From assembly GCF_030144855.1 (NCBI RefSeq), contig NC_082721.1, positions 43,400,001 to 43,464,000 on the forward strand: a stretch of DNA of 64,000 nt, given 5' to 3'. Below, piece by piece: positions 62,369 to 64,000 of the stretch. Each line of letters begins with the position of its first letter. Positions within the stretch are counted from its first letter, which is position 1. The DNA comes from Hypanus sabinus. Its lineage: Eukaryota. A program made the position numbers and the translations under genes. The notes below the pieces were generated by a model that saw nothing but the letters and a program-made list of their open reading frames with translations, did not search any database and was not told where the DNA came from.

Positions 62369-63580
62369 GGCACTCTGTCTGAGCTAGCTGCCTTACTCGC
62401 ATTCACTTTCCTTAGGGTGGATCTCACCTGCTGTTGCTTAAAGACCAGCGTAGACTCATCGTCAGGCGCGTGATTAGTGGAGCAGCCTCCTTCCTCTGAG
62501 TATCAAAGTGCGCAAAGAACTGGTTTAGGACATCAGGCAGTGTGGCGTCATCATCTGGCAGCAGATTATTGGTTTTGTAGTCTGTCATCGTGTCAGGGTC
62601 CGGTTCAGTCCGGAATCTACGTTCCGGGTCTCGATCTGGTCCGGAGACTCCAGACGCCGGGTCTTGCAGCTGTCCCTCCCGGCCCCTTTGAGCCTGGATG
62701 ACTCAAAGATCATCCCGTATCAAGGAGGCACACCTGTGGCCAATTCGGCTGCAGGTGTTTAAAAGGGGCCGTGGGACGGAGACTGGGCGGGTGGTCATTT
62801 TGTTCTGCATCCTGTTAGCTCTGAAGCTGGTTTATCAACTCCTTGTCTGCTCTGAAGTTGGTTCGTTTGCTCCAAATCCTGCTCCGTATCCTGCCTTTTG
62901 CCTGTTCTGCAACCGGCTCTCTATTCCGCTCTGCAAACCACTCTGTACCTGTTTTACCCAGTTCGTCATGCTTTTCCTGCTCCTCTCGGGTGTGCTGGCC
63001 CCGCCGTCCCGTCGTCTTCGTCTTGCGCGGGCTTTCAGTTGCCTTGACCAATGTACCCGGTGGATCACTGTAGTTCTGCTGCTCACCCTGGACCCAGCTT
63101 CCTCCAGATAACTTGTCTCTGTTGGGTGGGTCCTGCGGGACTGCCACTGCCCGGCGGGGGTTCTACCCCTTCCTACCCGTTTCTTCCGTCGGGCATGTCC
63201 GGCCGGACTGCCGCTGCCCTGCGGGGGTTCTGCCCCTTCCACCTATTGCTCCCTAAGGGTTGTGCCCCGCACCTGCCCAGGAGTCCGTGACTGGACCTGG
63301 CATCTGTGTTTTCTGCCTGGGAGGCGGTCCTGCCTGGGATCCATGAGGCCTGCCATGAGGGATCTGCCTGCCCCGAACTCTGGGATCCTCCTGCCTGCCT
63401 CGTCTGAACTCTTGGATCCAGCCCCGCCTGCATTAACCCTTAAATGCCATGGCATCCCCATCTTGTCCACCCCCTAGTACTTCAGTTTCTGCGTTTGGGT
63501 CTATCCGGCCACCGTTCCTGACACATCGTCTTGATGCCTTTCCACATCCTGTGGGGGTTGTTGTTGTTATCAAACTAATT
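62369..63580 (-). mobile_element. Rex1/Babar remnant split by a solo LTR and truncated at the arm boundary
   Basis: FDNNNNPHRMWKGIKTM then TDYK...LPDVLNQFFAHFD...VRSTLRKVNASKAASSDRVP. Confidence 0.78.
62591..63523 (+). mobile_element. Solo LTR, 933 bp, GC-rich
   Basis: tgtcagg...cctgaca termini; perfect TSD catcg at 62586-62590 and 63524-63528; shared 3' motif ctagtacttcag...tttgggtc. Confidence 0.88.
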
Positions 63581-64000
63581 TTCAATGTGCAATTTGTATT
63601 TGAGCTTTGCATCGAAGGAAAATTTGGAGCATCTCTCTGACACCACCTCTTACATCAATGGTGAGGCAAAAGGTCTATGTTGTTTTGAACACCAACTCCA
63701 GATGTGATCAAAGTAATACAGAAATGTTTAATTTCTTACATAAACACACATGCACACATACACACACTACTTTTATATTTAACAGTTCAGTTCTCTGTCA
63801 CGTTGGTGATATCTTGTGATCCTGAGGCCACAGGCTCATTAGGTTCAAGTGTGTACTATTTTTAAAAATAACTCACTGACTTAGACTACTATATTTGCAA
63901 TATACCTTCAGAATATGCTGTAACAGGAAGGAATATCACACAAGTACCTGCCAATAAGATCTGAACTGGCACTTGGCTACCAAAGGAACAATGGATAGAT

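Noticed and set aside
62698-63477. Cluster of overlapping 70-137 aa ORFs
   Set aside because: GC-rich solo LTR sequence is naturally poor in stop codons; no domain similarity is visible
63580-63710. Twin-priming inversion of the Rex1 element
   Set aside because: An oppositely oriented Rex1-like scrap is present but too degenerate, with no TSD to link it to the same insertion

Overview
Eukaryotic, repeat-dominated vertebrate DNA. The mix of CR1, L1, Rex1/Babar, RTE, Penelope-like, Tc1, hAT, Gypsy and tRNA-SINE elements suggests a cartilaginous fish (inference). No intact host gene is identifiable. The main hidden structure is a large inverted segmental duplication: left arm 12369-30789 (+) and right arm 44843-62368 (-), about 10.75 kb shared once arm-specific indels are removed, roughly 90-95% identical, separated by a 14 kb spacer. 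Each arm carries its own TSD-flanked insertions with the matching empty site in the other arm. The spacer holds remnants of an older, roughly 70% identical third paralogue of the same non-TE sequence. Other notable elements: two independently ORF2-deleted, ORF1-retaining L1 derivatives with TSDs (HAL1-like); a 5'-intact, 3'-truncated L1 with a TSD (internal priming candidate); an RT-less Gmr1-like SCAN-domain LTR retrotransposon; and a four-level nested TE stack at 6.8-12.2 kb. Identity values are estimates from manual comparison of short stretches.
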